From positions 96,001 through 160,000 of IMG/VR virus record IMGVR_UViG_3300030104_006883: DNA of 64,000 bases. One strand, given 5' to 3'. Below, one piece after another: positions 49,233 through 59,238 of this stretch. Source of the DNA: a virus. The notes under the pieces were generated by a model that searched no databases, was not told the origin of the DNA, and saw only the letters and a program-made list of their open reading frames with translations. The number at the start of each line of letters is the position of its first letter. Position 1 is the stretch's first letter. Both the position numbers and the translations under genes were made by a program.

Positions 49233-51649
49233 TGTTTGATAAGCAAGTAGTAGAAGAGGCAACTCTAAAATATTTTAAAGGTGATGAACTGGCCACAAAT
49301 GTCTGGATGACAAAATACTGTCTGAAAGACAAGTCGGGCAATTTGTTAGAAAAAACCCCTGCGGACATGCACAGGAGACTGGCAAAAGAGTTTGCGAGGG
49401 TAGAGAACAAATTTAATGGCCTTCGCGCTATGTCGGAGGAGCAAGTATATGAGGTTCTTGAAAACTTTGATTATATTGTACCCCAGGGGTCCCCAATGAT
49501 GGGTATAGGTAACAATCATGTAAACGTCTCTTTGTCTAATTGCGTTGTGGTTGGGCCACCCCAGGATAATATTTCCTCCATTGTTGATGCGGGAAAGGAT
49601 CTTGCTAACTTATTCAAGCGCAGGTGTGGAGTGGGGCTGGACTTGTCCTATTTGCGCCCTGAGAACGCTGCCGTTAATAATTCTGCTGGAACCACAAGCG
49701 GAGCATGGAGCTTTGCGGATTTTTACTCCTACGTTTGCCGCATGATTGGACAGAATGGTCGTCGAGGAGCTTTGATGCTTAGCATGGACATAAGGCACCC
49801 TGACATTGAAAAATTTATCACAATGAAGCAAGACTTAACAAAAGTTACTGGAGCTAATGTATCTGTGAAGATAAGTGATGAGTTTATGAAGGCGGTGGAA
49901 AACAATGAGTCGTTTACCTTAAGATTCCCGGTTGATTCTGAGGAGCCCACCATAACAAAAGAAGTGGAGGCTTCCGAGTTGTGGCAACTAGTGGTTGAAT
50001 CCGCTACTGCTACGGCAGAACCTGGGCTGCTTATGTGGGACAATATCTTAAAATATTTGCCTGCGAATGAATACGAGCAATTTAAAACAGAGTGTGTGAA
50101 TCCTTGTGCTGAATTGCCCTTGTCGGCTTATGATAGCTGTAGGTTGATTTCTATCAATCTAAAGAATTTTGTAAAGAGGCCATTTACAGATAAGGCGGCG
50201 TTTGATTTTGCTAAATTTTCACGCACTGTCTCCTCTGCTATGAGGCTTTCGGACGACCTTGTGGAACTAGAGCTAGAAAAGCTCGAAAACATCAGGACGG
50301 TGGCAGACATGGCTGATGAAAAGGCACTGTGGCAAAAGCTGTATGACACTTGCTCTAATGGTCGTCGTACTGGTCTCGGAACGCACGGTTTAGCCGATGC
50401 TCTGGCATGCTTAAGCTTGGCCTACGATTCGGATGAGGCACTGAAGGTTATCGATAAAATTTATAAAACTTTAAAGGTGTCTGCTTATGAAGAGAGTGTA
50501 GAACTTGCTATCGAGAGAGGCGCTTTCCCGGTGTTCTCGTGGGACACTGAAAAGGAGAATGCGTTTATAAAGTCATTGCCTGCGGCGCTGAGAAAGAAAA
50601 TTGAAAAACATGGTAGAAGAAATATATCTATTTTGACGAATGCTCCTACCGGCTCTGTTTCTATAATGAGTCAAACAAGTTCGGGACTGGAGCCGGTTTT
50701 CAGAAACTCCTACACCAGAAGAAGAAAGCTCGATCACAGTGAGAACGTGACTGCTGACTTTGTTGATGACTTGGGAGACAGGTGGAAAGAATTCAAAGTA
50801 TACCACCATAATGTACAACAATATATGAATGAAACCACATCAAAACAGGTGCCATCATTTTTTACGGAAAGTCATGAAATTGATTGGACTAGAAGAATAG
50901 AAATACAATCATTTATTCAAAGACACATTGATCACTCAATTAGTTCTACGATAAATTTGCCGAAAGGTACCTCTCCGGAGATTGTTGCTGAATTGTATTT
51001 CGAAGCTTGGAGAAAGGGCCTAAAGGGCGTCACGGTTTATGTTGATGGCTCTAGAAGTGGTGTGTTAATTACTGACGATCCGGGGACCGAAGAACAAATG
51101 GGTTTCCCTCAAATTGATGCCCCTAAGAGGCCGATTGAGTTGGAATGTGAAATTCATCGGCCAACGATTAAGGGTGAAGAATGGACTGTCCTAGTAGGAC
51201 TTATGGATGGCAAGCCATATGAGATTATGGGAGGGCTATCGACTTTTGTTGAGATACCAAAGAAATACACCCATGGAACTATCATTAAACATCCAAGAAA
51301 AAGCACCAATAGCGTGTATGACCTTAAGTTTGGGGATAACGGAGATGAGGTTATTATAAAAAATATTGTAAAAGTCTTCGACAATCCAAACCACTCGGTA
51401 TTCACTAGGATGATATCTCTTGCTTTGCGACACGGTTCTGGTGTACAATATGTAGTTGAACAATTGAACAAGGATAGAGACAGCGACATGTTTAGTTTTT
51501 CTAAAGTCACTGCGAGAGTTCTAAAAAAATATATTGAAGATGGAGCCAAGGCGTCCGATAAAGACTGCCCAGAGTGCGGATCTGACGGCCTTGTTTATAT
51601 AGAGGGGTGCGCTACCTGCACCTCTTGTGGCTATGCTAAATGCGGATAG
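49232..51649 (+). CDS. nrdJ: Class II (B12-dependent) ribonucleotide reductase
   Basis: PQGSP, LSNCVV, GRRGALM, NPCAE, NAPTGSVS, ISSTINLP, KGVTVY.DGSR; NrdJ-type C-terminal domain and Zn ribbon CPEC...EGCATCTSCGYAKCG. Confidence 0.88.
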   Translation: MFDKQVVEEATLKYFKGDELATNVWMTKYCLKDKSGNLLEKTPADMHRRLAKEFARVENKFNGLRAMSEEQVYEVLENFDYIVPQGSPMMGIGNNHVNVSLSNCVVVGPPQDNISSIVDAGKDLANLFKRRCGVGLDLSYLRPENAAVNNSAGTTSGAWSFADFYSYVCRMIGQNGRRGALMLSMDIRHPDIEKFITMKQDLTKVTGANVSVKISDEFMKAVENNESFTLRFPVDSEEPTITKEVEASELWQLVVESATATAEPGLLMWDNILKYLPANEYEQFKTECVNPCAELPLSAYDSCRLISINLKNFVKRPFTDKAAFDFAKFSRTVSSAMRLSDDLVELELEKLENIRTVADMADEKALWQKLYDTCSNGRRTGLGTHGLADALACLSLAYDSDEALKVIDKIYKTLKVSAYEESVELAIERGAFPVFSWDTEKENAFIKSLPAALRKKIEKHGRRNISILTNAPTGSVSIMSQTSSGLEPVFRNSYTRRRKLDHSENVTADFVDDLGDRWKEFKVYHHNVQQYMNETTSKQVPSFFTESHEIDWTRRIEIQSFIQRHIDHSISSTINLPKGTSPEIVAELYFEAWRKGLKGVTVYVDGSRSGVLITDDPGTEEQMGFPQIDAPKRPIELECEIHRPTIKGEEWTVLVGLMDGKPYEIMGGLSTFVEIPKKYTHGTIIKHPRKSTNSVYDLKFGDNGDEVIIKNIVKVFDNPNHSVFTRMISLALRHGSGVQYVVEQLNKDRDSDMFSFSKVTARVLKKYIEDGAKASDKDCPECGSDGLVYIEGCATCTSCGYAKCG

Positions 51650-51655
51650 GAGATT

Positions 51656-51940
51656 ATGATGAGCTACAAGCCTGTTAATAGAATGATAATGCTGGAAGTC
51701 GAGAAGCCTGCTGAAGAGGAGACAACGGTGCTACTCCCAGAGGGGTACAAGCCGCCAGTTCAGTACGGATTTGCCAAAGTTTTGGGAACTGCTCAAGACT
51801 GCAAGAACGACTTTTCTGTGGGCGATGAGATTATATTTGAAAACTCTATGTTGCAAACTATAAGTGTTGATGGTGATGAAATTAATCTTCTTTTGGAGAA
51901 TTATGTTCTAGCGATTACTAATGTCGAGGAAGGCATATAG
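51656..51940 (+). CDS. groES: GroES-like co-chaperonin
   Basis: KPVNRMIMLE...LLPE...AKVLGTA.D....SVGDEIIFE......VDG....LLENYVLAI; 94 aa. Confidence 0.75.
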   Translation: MMSYKPVNRMIMLEVEKPAEEETTVLLPEGYKPPVQYGFAKVLGTAQDCKNDFSVGDEIIFENSMLQTISVDGDEINLLLENYVLAITNVEEGI

Positions 51941-51954
51941 GTATAGGCAAAAAT

Positions 51955-52548
51955 ATGATTTATTTAGTTGTAAGTGTCCTTGCGGCGGCACTGTCTCAAG
52001 ATGGTGATACTTGCCAGAAACAGTACCCAAAGTATGAAGATATAGTTTATCTTGCTGCGACGGATTGTAAGTATGCCAAGGAAGAAAATATAGACTTTGA
52101 TTTGCTTTGGGACTTGGTTGAGATTGAGAAAAAGTATGAAGTTCCCACTGAACTAAGAGGAATGGTCTTGGCCGCTGCTTGTATGGAGTCTGGGTACAAC
52201 CCAAAGGCGAAAGGCGACAGAAAATTTAGCAAAAGCGGCAAAAGGCCGATGGCGATAGGCATCTTGCAACAGTGGCCTATTTATGAAAAAGTCTACGGAA
52301 CGGACAGGACCGACCCAATATCATGTGCTGATTCATGGCTAAAACACATTGTTAAAAAACTAAAAAAGGTAGATAGGCAGTGCAAGTATAAGAGCACCAA
52401 GAAGAGATGGGTTGCTGCTTGGGTAACTGGAATTCGATATCCTAAAAAAGGCGGAAGGTGCCGAGAGAGACCGAAGCACTTGAGGCTCTTAAACAAATGG
52501 CACAGAAAAGCTAAAAAGATGGCTTGTGAGGAGATCTTTGGCTGCTAG
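51955..52548 (+). CDS. Lytic transglycosylase (SLT)-like muramidase with hydrophobic N-terminus, candidate endolysin
   Basis: KKYEVP...MVLAAACMESGYNPKAKGD...AIGILQ; leader MIYLVVSVLAAALS; Cys-rich. Confidence 0.7.
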   Translation: MIYLVVSVLAAALSQDGDTCQKQYPKYEDIVYLAATDCKYAKEENIDFDLLWDLVEIEKKYEVPTELRGMVLAAACMESGYNPKAKGDRKFSKSGKRPMAIGILQQWPIYEKVYGTDRTDPISCADSWLKHIVKKLKKVDRQCKYKSTKKRWVAAWVTGIRYPKKGGRCRERPKHLRLLNKWHRKAKKMACEEIFGC

Positions 52549-53332
52549 TCTTGAAAACCATATTTATAAGTGGGATGAGGTCGTAATTGGAAACAATTTG
52601 GCCTCTTTTGTTTACACTAGAAACAATGACTCTAAACTTATATTGAGTGGATTAAAAGATGTCTTCAAGTACGATCTTTTTACGAATAAGCAAGTATTGA
52701 AGAACATAGAGCATCCCACTATGGTTGCGAATAAGAAGACTCTCATAGATCAATTATTGTTTGATTTAGTTCTGCAAGGTAAGTGTCCGATTAGCGAGAA
52801 GGTAAATTCAATTCGCGTGAACGCGGAAGAAAACTTATTAAGTGTTTTTATCTCGGATACGGTTAAGATAACTATAAAATATAACAGCCTGAGAATTTTT
52901 GATGATTCTTTAGTCACTGGACTGCCGTTTGAAACTTCTAAGAGGACAGCGTATTACGTGGTATATGATTGGTTTCTTTCAAATATTAACAGAGACACAC
53001 ACTTCTTGGAATTGTATGACATCGACAGCCCCTTGGCGCATAGAGTTATTATCAGAAAAATACCACAAAACGTTGTTATATCACAGTCGTCCCTGACAGC
53101 AGAGCAGCTTAATAATTTTAATTTTTCTGATACAATGTGTAGATTCAAAACAGACAAGATGCTTAAGGACAGCGATTTAAGAGGGCCAAGAAATGGTTTT
53201 TATAAAAACAGCCCAAGCAAGCCAAGGTACAGACCTATTAAGCTTGACTTTATGAGAAGAGAGGTAATGCCGCAGGTGGAAAGAGAGTTTGTAAAATATG
53301 GAAATATAACTTTCGACAATGAGGAGCTATAA
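52526..53332 (+). CDS. Hypothetical protein with a degenerate Rossmann/FAD-like N-terminus
   Basis: WDEVVIGNNLAS resembles (Y)DVVVIGAGLAG but lacks two of the glycines. Confidence 0.4.
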   Translation: MRRSLAASLENHIYKWDEVVIGNNLASFVYTRNNDSKLILSGLKDVFKYDLFTNKQVLKNIEHPTMVANKKTLIDQLLFDLVLQGKCPISEKVNSIRVNAEENLLSVFISDTVKITIKYNSLRIFDDSLVTGLPFETSKRTAYYVVYDWFLSNINRDTHFLELYDIDSPLAHRVIIRKIPQNVVISQSSLTAEQLNNFNFSDTMCRFKTDKMLKDSDLRGPRNGFYKNSPSKPRYRPIKLDFMRREVMPQVEREFVKYGNITFDNEEL

Positions 53333-54201
53333 TGGAGCCTGGATATCATCTAGCCGGGATAATACCTGTGGCTGGTCAAAAATTAGATTTTAATATGCCT
53401 TGGCATGATTGTTTAATGCCAATTGCTAAAAATTATTTAGCTGTAGAGAGGGCAGTGATTGACTGTGGCTATGCGGGATGTGAAACAATATTTGTAATTT
53501 GTCATAATGACATGATGCCCTTGATAAAGGATCGCCTGGGAGACTACATAGAAGATCCCGTTTATGCGTATAGGAATTTTGAAGTCTTTCCTCACGAGTC
53601 TAGAATAAGGATACCGATATATTATGTCGCTATTCATCCTCACGACAGAGATAAGAGAGACAGTCAGGCTTGGAGCATACTATACGGAGCCAAAGTGGCG
53701 AACGAGATGATTGGGAGGCTCAGCAGTTGGCTCGTCCCGAACAAGTTTTTTGTTTCGTTTGCTCACGGGGTGCATGATCCAGAGGTGTTGAGAGAAAATA
53801 GAAGGGAAATTTCACGTCCGAAAAATTTTTCTCTCTCTTGGCAAGGTAAAACAGTTGCAGATGATGAATACTTGCCTTTTACTTTTAACTATGATGATTG
53901 CTTGGCACTTATTGATAAGGTTAGAAAAGAAGGAACTTCTCGATATCTCAACAGAGAGTGGGGCGATAAAAAAATTCTACTCCCACCGGAAGAACAGTAC
54001 TCGGCGAGATTTTTTAGCTTGAGTGATGTTTTTGGAGATTTAGCCTTAGAAGCTATAAAAGAGGCTAAGTATTATTTTAATATAGACAATTGGGATGATT
54101 ACTGTTACTATATTGCAAATAAACCGGAAGGCCTACTTAGGCCCAACAAAAGGGTATTAAACCCTCGTTCGCTAAAAGGTATAGGAGTTGAGAGTGAGTG
54201 A
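53332..54201 (+). CDS. Divergent sugar-nucleotidyltransferase-like protein
   Basis: LAGIIPVAG...DCLMPIA...AVERAV.....AGCETIFVIC follows the NTP_transferase N-terminal pattern; GxGTR and the conserved Lys are absent. Confidence 0.5.
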   Translation: MEPGYHLAGIIPVAGQKLDFNMPWHDCLMPIAKNYLAVERAVIDCGYAGCETIFVICHNDMMPLIKDRLGDYIEDPVYAYRNFEVFPHESRIRIPIYYVAIHPHDRDKRDSQAWSILYGAKVANEMIGRLSSWLVPNKFFVSFAHGVHDPEVLRENRREISRPKNFSLSWQGKTVADDEYLPFTFNYDDCLALIDKVRKEGTSRYLNREWGDKKILLPPEEQYSARFFSLSDVFGDLALEAIKEAKYYFNIDNWDDYCYYIANKPEGLLRPNKRVLNPRSLKGIGVESE

Positions 54202-55060
54202 TATTCTAAATTACATTGGGGAAACGCCTTTAATAAAGCTAGCACCCAAGCTCTACGCAAAGCTAGAAACGTACAGCCCAACGGGCTCTATAAAAGATAG
54301 AATGGCAAGCTATGTTCTCCGCAAAGCCGAGGAGAGGGGCGAGATAAAGCCGGGGGACACTATTGTAGAGGCCTCTTCGGGCAATACCGGGATTTCCTTC
54401 TCGATGCTAGGCTCCGTTAAGGGGTACAAGGTTATAATCATACTGCCTTGCAATATGAGCGAAGAAAGAAAGCAAATGATGAGATTGTTTGGAGCGGAAA
54501 TAATAGAGGTGGGGGAGAGCGACTTTGAAGGTGCGATTGCACTAAGAGACAAGATGGTGGAGGAGAATAGCGGCTATTTTTCTCCTAAACAATTTTCTAA
54601 CCCTGACAACGTAGAATGCCACGAATGGACTACTGGTATGGAAATTAAAAGACAACTGATTGGTCTAGGAGAGGAAAAAATTGCCGCGATAGTATCTGGT
54701 GCTGGGACTGGGGGAACTATAATGGGAACAAAGAGGGCTATGGAAAAGTTTGTTGACCAAGAAGCTCCTAAATTTGTGATGGTGATGCCTGCTGAAGGCA
54801 AGGTGCATGGAATACAGGGTATTGGAGACGGTGGAGATTACCTCGTAAATCGAGATGAGATAGACGAGACGATTGATATTTCAACTGAGGATGCCATTGA
54901 AAGCGCGAAAAAATTGGCGAGAGAGCAGGGGCTCTTTGTTGGTATTAGCGCGGGAGCCAATGTTCTGGCGGCTGAGCGATGGATGCAGCAGAATGAGTAT
55001 GATGGTTGTGTGGTCACGTTCTTGTGTGACCGTGGCGAAAGATATTTGAGCGTTCTATAA
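54188..55060 (+). CDS. cysK: Cysteine synthase (PLP-dependent, CysK/CysM family)
   Basis: ETPLIKL, KLETYSPTGSIKDR (PLP Lys), EASSGNTG, GAGTGGT, HGIQGIG, GISAGAN, DRGERYLS. Confidence 0.93.
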   Translation: MRVSDILNYIGETPLIKLAPKLYAKLETYSPTGSIKDRMASYVLRKAEERGEIKPGDTIVEASSGNTGISFSMLGSVKGYKVIIILPCNMSEERKQMMRLFGAEIIEVGESDFEGAIALRDKMVEENSGYFSPKQFSNPDNVECHEWTTGMEIKRQLIGLGEEKIAAIVSGAGTGGTIMGTKRAMEKFVDQEAPKFVMVMPAEGKVHGIQGIGDGGDYLVNRDEIDETIDISTEDAIESAKKLAREQGLFVGISAGANVLAAERWMQQNEYDGCVVTFLCDRGERYLSVL

Positions 55061-55272
55061 TGGAATGGTGGAATCGTTTACACATCCTAACAAAAATTGC
55101 TTTTATCTGTCTTATACTCGGTAAGATACATTTTATACCGGCGACGCTTTCTATATTTGCAGCCTATGAGTATGCAACATTTTTTTTGGTAGTATATACG
55201 ATATTTATACTCGCGGCAGCAATCCTTTCGTTAGTGAGAATTAGACAAATAATTAAGGAGAGTAAAGCATGA
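55060..55272 (+). CDS. Small two-TM membrane protein
   Basis: 70 aa, mostly hydrophobic, with TAATG coupling. Confidence 0.5.
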   Translation: MEWWNRLHILTKIAFICLILGKIHFIPATLSIFAAYEYATFFLVVYTIFILAAAILSLVRIRQIIKESKA

Positions 55273-55757
55273 TGAGCACAAGAAAAGGGTGGATTGACAT
55301 GTGCGTAGAAACAGTCAAAAAGCACTTCTTTACGGAAGAGAGAAAATGCCAAGGATTTCGATGCCCTGCTTGTGACAGGAGAGTGAAGTATGAAGATAGG
55401 CCTTTGAACAAGACCATGGCGATGGGACTTAAATGGCTCGATGAAACAGGCGGCGGTGATTACGTTCACATTGCTCGCAATGTTCCCAACCATTTAAATG
55501 GAAAGAAGCTGACTACGCTAAAACATTGGGGTCTTGTAGAGCGAGGAGAGCCTGGCTATTGGCGTCCTACTAGACTAGGATACGAATTTTTAAAAGGCAC
55601 TACTCCGGTTTCATTAAAGGCTAGACTTTTTAATGATAAATGTGAGGGATTGTTCGGAGATAAGGTATACATAGGAGACCTTGTGGAAGGCTTCAAATAT
55701 AGCGATGTTACAAAACCAGCAGACACAACGGCCAGACTTATAAGGAAAAAACAATGA
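55269..55757 (+). CDS. Zn-ribbon + winged-helix-like putative DNA-binding protein
   Basis: CPAC; LKHWGLVER....GYWRPTRLGYEFL is a wHTH wing pattern. Confidence 0.45.
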   Translation: MMSTRKGWIDMCVETVKKHFFTEERKCQGFRCPACDRRVKYEDRPLNKTMAMGLKWLDETGGGDYVHIARNVPNHLNGKKLTTLKHWGLVERGEPGYWRPTRLGYEFLKGTTPVSLKARLFNDKCEGLFGDKVYIGDLVEGFKYSDVTKPADTTARLIRKKQ

Positions 55758-58700
55758 CACAAAGAAGCAAATCATCAATTCCTTTTGTAGGATTGCACGC
55801 GCACAGCGTGGTCGGGTCTCCATTCGATGCTCTTGGTTATCCACAGGAGCATATGGACTTTGCTTATGAGAATGGCTGCGATGCCCTGGCTCTCACAGAT
55901 CATGGAAACGCCAATGGCATGTCCTACCAAATCCTTCATGCTAGAAAAATGAAGCAACAGGGAAAGAATTTTAAGCCTATTTTTGGTGTAGAAGCCTATT
56001 TCTTACCATCGATAGATGATTGGAGAGAAGCCTATGAAAAGGCGAAAGAGGATAAGAAAGAGGCCAAGAAACTAAAGAACTCGGACAATATGTCCATTGA
56101 AAATGAAATGGATTCAAAGGCAAAAGCCAACATAATAAAGAAAAAGAACCATCTCATTTTGCTCGCACAGAACCAGAAGGGACTGAACAATATTTTCTCT
56201 CTTATTTCTAAATCCTATGAGGGGGACAATAGATATCGGTATCCTCGTGTAGACTATAAATTATTGGAGAAATATAATGACGGTATTATTGCTTCGTCTG
56301 CTTGCCTTGGTGGCGTGTATGCAGGCAACTATTGGGATAATCGTGACGACGGCCCTGATGCTGTTCTAGCATCCATGCGCGAAACAACTGAGAAGATGCA
56401 ATCTATCTTTGGGGATAGGTGGTACGGGGAGCTTCAGTGGTTTTCTGCGCCAGAGCAACACGAGCTAAATAAATTTATCATACAGGTGGCCGAAGAGTAT
56501 GGAATGGAGCTTATTTCCACGGCAGATAGTCACTACCCTAATCCTGACGCTTGGAAAGATAGGGAACTTTATAAGCGTCTTGGATTTTTGGGGAGAGCCC
56601 AGAAGCCTGAGTGGCTGACAGATGAGCTTCCTGTTGACGTAGACGAATTTGGCATGGAACTGTATCCAAAGAACGGCGACCAGATGTGGGAAGAGTACAA
56701 GAAGTACTCTTCAATGTGCGATGTTGAATATGATGATGATCTAATATTAAAATCAATTACCAACACACATAAGATAGCTTTTGAAAGGATCGAGGACTTT
56801 ATGCCAGACAGCACTGTTAGGCTTCCTGAATTTGTTGTCCCGCCGGACAATACTGCAACTGGCGCTCTTACTAAACTCGCCATAGACGGCCTTAAGAAAA
56901 TGAATCTACACGTCAAGCCAGACTATGTTGAGAGGCTTAAGGAAGAAATAAAGATTATTGATGAGAGGGGGTTTAGCAAGTATTTCCTTACCATGAAGGC
57001 AATCGCGGATAGAGCTAATGAAGTGATGCTTTCCGGGCCAGGAAGAGGTAGTGCGGCGGGCTCTCTTTTGTCGTATGTCTTGGGTATTACCCAGATAGAC
57101 CCGATAAAGTACGACCTGCTGTTTTCTAGATTTATGAGAAGAGACGCCAAGGACTACCCTGATATCGACTATGATGTAAGTGATAGAATGAAACTAACAA
57201 ACCTATTGGTCGATGAGTGGGGCGCAAACACTGTCGTGCCTATTTCTAATTACAATACTTTACAACTTCGGTCTCTGATTAAAGATGTATCTAAGTTCTA
57301 TAATGTGCCCTTCACGGAAGTCAACCCCGTTACATCTAAAATGATTCAAGAGGCGACTCCTGCGGCGAAAAAGAAGCACGGAATCAAGTCCGGTGTTTAT
57401 GTTCCTACTTTTGAAGAGACCATGGAATATTCCTCCACACTACAAAAGTATTTACAAAAATATCCATTTATTAAAACACATATTGAGGCAATTTACGGCT
57501 CTGTAAGGTCGATTAGTCGACATGCTGGGGGAGTTGTGATCGGAGAACAGCTAGACAAGTATATGCCCTTGATTACAAACAAGGGAGTGACTCAAACACC
57601 ATGGTCGGAGGGCCAAAACGTCAGGCATTTGGAACCCCTCGGATTCATTAAATTTGATTTCTTGGGACTGAGCACGTTGAGGATGATTGAAGTCGCTATC
57701 GAGCACATACTCGAAAGACATCATGGAATAAAAAATCCAACATTCGATGACATTAAGAAATATTATGACCAAAATCTTCATCCTGACGCGATTGATTTGA
57801 ATGATAAGAATGTTTATAGAAACATCTTTCACAAAGGCAATTTTGCGGGCATCTTCCAGTTTACACAAGAGGGCGCGCAGGAATTTTGTGTCCGGGCTAG
57901 ACCGAAAAATATTATTGATATTTCTGCGATTACCTCAATCTACAGGCCTGGGCCTCTTGGCGCTAATGTTGACAAATCATACGTTGAAGCTAAAGAAAAC
58001 CCCGGATCGATACACTACGTCCACCCTTTGCTGAAAGAGGTGACGCAGGAGACTTACGGCTTCCTTATTTTTCAGGAACAGATTGCTTTGCTGGCTCACA
58101 AATTGGGCAAAAACGTGTCTCTGGACGAAGGCAATGCACTTAGAAAGCTTTTGACCAAGAAAGGAACGGGGAAGGGAGACTCTCAAAAGATAGAAATAGA
58201 ACAGAAGTTTATTGATGGATGCAGAGATAAAGGAATTGATAGAACTAGCGCAGAAAAGCTTTGGGCTAACTTTGAATACTTCTCTGGTTACGGCTTCAAT
58301 AAGAGCCATGCAGTATCCTATTCGGTTTTGAGTTATCAATGTGCTTGGCTATTGAATTATTATCCTTCTGAGTGGGTAGCTGCGTTTCTAGACAGAGAAC
58401 CGGAAGGCAGAAAAGAACAAGCGATTAATATTGCTAAGAAGATGGGATATGAGATCCAGCCGATCGATATTAATCTCTCTACTATGAAATGGACAATCGG
58501 AGATGACGATAAGACCCTTATCCAGCCGTTTAACTCTGTCAAGGGCCTTGGTGATGCCGCAATTAAACAAATCATTGACAACAGACCATTTCACACTGCG
58601 GAAGACCTTCTGTTTAATGAAGACATCTCTTATTCTAAATTAAATAAAAAAGCTCTGGATGTTCTTTGTCGGTGTGGAGCACTGGACCTTCTCATAGATG

Positions 58701-59182
58701 AAAGATTTAGCGGAACTAAGCATTTTTGGGGAGCCGTTGCGTGTGAGAGACCTAAAAATAGAAAAAAGTTTTTAAACAACATTGAGGCGTTTGCAGAACA
58801 AGGAGACTTTAGTGACGAAGAGAAGATTCGCCACATATCTGATTTAACAGGAGTTTTCCCGTTTGACATTGTTGTAAATAAAGACGTGCAGAGAAAGTTG
58901 GGAGAATATTGTGTGCCACCACTAGGTGAGTGGGACAATGATTTGGGGGTTGCTTGGTTCATTCCCAGAGAAATTGTAAAGAAAAAAACAAAGAACGGAA
59001 AAGACTATTGGGTTGTTAGAGCAATTGACCCTACGTCAACAATTACTAGTATAAAATGCTGGGGTGTGCGGAAAGGGGATGAATTGCACATAAATAGACC
59101 CTACATGGCGAAGCTGGACTATGACGAGCAATGGGGCTTTTCTACAAGATCTATTAGGCACAACTTTAAATTACTCGGATAG
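55754..59182 (+). CDS. dnaE: DNA polymerase III alpha subunit (DnaE, family C)
   Basis: PHP motifs LHAH, LTDHG, GVEAY, NHL, DSHY; GRGSAAGSL, PDIDYD, RHAGGVVI, KFDFLGL, YGFNKSHAVSY; HhH and OB regions; no intein seen. Confidence 0.95.
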   Translation: MTQRSKSSIPFVGLHAHSVVGSPFDALGYPQEHMDFAYENGCDALALTDHGNANGMSYQILHARKMKQQGKNFKPIFGVEAYFLPSIDDWREAYEKAKEDKKEAKKLKNSDNMSIENEMDSKAKANIIKKKNHLILLAQNQKGLNNIFSLISKSYEGDNRYRYPRVDYKLLEKYNDGIIASSACLGGVYAGNYWDNRDDGPDAVLASMRETTEKMQSIFGDRWYGELQWFSAPEQHELNKFIIQVAEEYGMELISTADSHYPNPDAWKDRELYKRLGFLGRAQKPEWLTDELPVDVDEFGMELYPKNGDQMWEEYKKYSSMCDVEYDDDLILKSITNTHKIAFERIEDFMPDSTVRLPEFVVPPDNTATGALTKLAIDGLKKMNLHVKPDYVERLKEEIKIIDERGFSKYFLTMKAIADRANEVMLSGPGRGSAAGSLLSYVLGITQIDPIKYDLLFSRFMRRDAKDYPDIDYDVSDRMKLTNLLVDEWGANTVVPISNYNTLQLRSLIKDVSKFYNVPFTEVNPVTSKMIQEATPAAKKKHGIKSGVYVPTFEETMEYSSTLQKYLQKYPFIKTHIEAIYGSVRSISRHAGGVVIGEQLDKYMPLITNKGVTQTPWSEGQNVRHLEPLGFIKFDFLGLSTLRMIEVAIEHILERHHGIKNPTFDDIKKYYDQNLHPDAIDLNDKNVYRNIFHKGNFAGIFQFTQEGAQEFCVRARPKNIIDISAITSIYRPGPLGANVDKSYVEAKENPGSIHYVHPLLKEVTQETYGFLIFQEQIALLAHKLGKNVSLDEGNALRKLLTKKGTGKGDSQKIEIEQKFIDGCRDKGIDRTSAEKLWANFEYFSGYGFNKSHAVSYSVLSYQCAWLLNYYPSEWVAAFLDREPEGRKEQAINIAKKMGYEIQPIDINLSTMKWTIGDDDKTLIQPFNSVKGLGDAAIKQIIDNRPFHTAEDLLFNEDISYSKLNKKALDVLCRCGALDLLIDERFSGTKHFWGAVACERPKNRKKFLNNIEAFAEQGDFSDEEKIRHISDLTGVFPFDIVVNKDVQRKLGEYCVPPLGEWDNDLGVAWFIPREIVKKKTKNGKDYWVVRAIDPTSTITSIKCWGVRKGDELHINRPYMAKLDYDEQWGFSTRSIRHNFKLLG

Positions 59183-59238
59183 TGCTTTATAATAATTCTA
59201 ACTATTTAAAATGAAAGAGAGTACCAAGAGAGCAATAC

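Noticed and set aside
49232-59182. Inteins, introns or homing endonucleases in nrdJ, dnaE, helicase or terminase
   Set aside because: Motif spacing and lengths are ordinary; no C/S...HN splice junctions or LAGLIDADG/HNH inserts were recognised.
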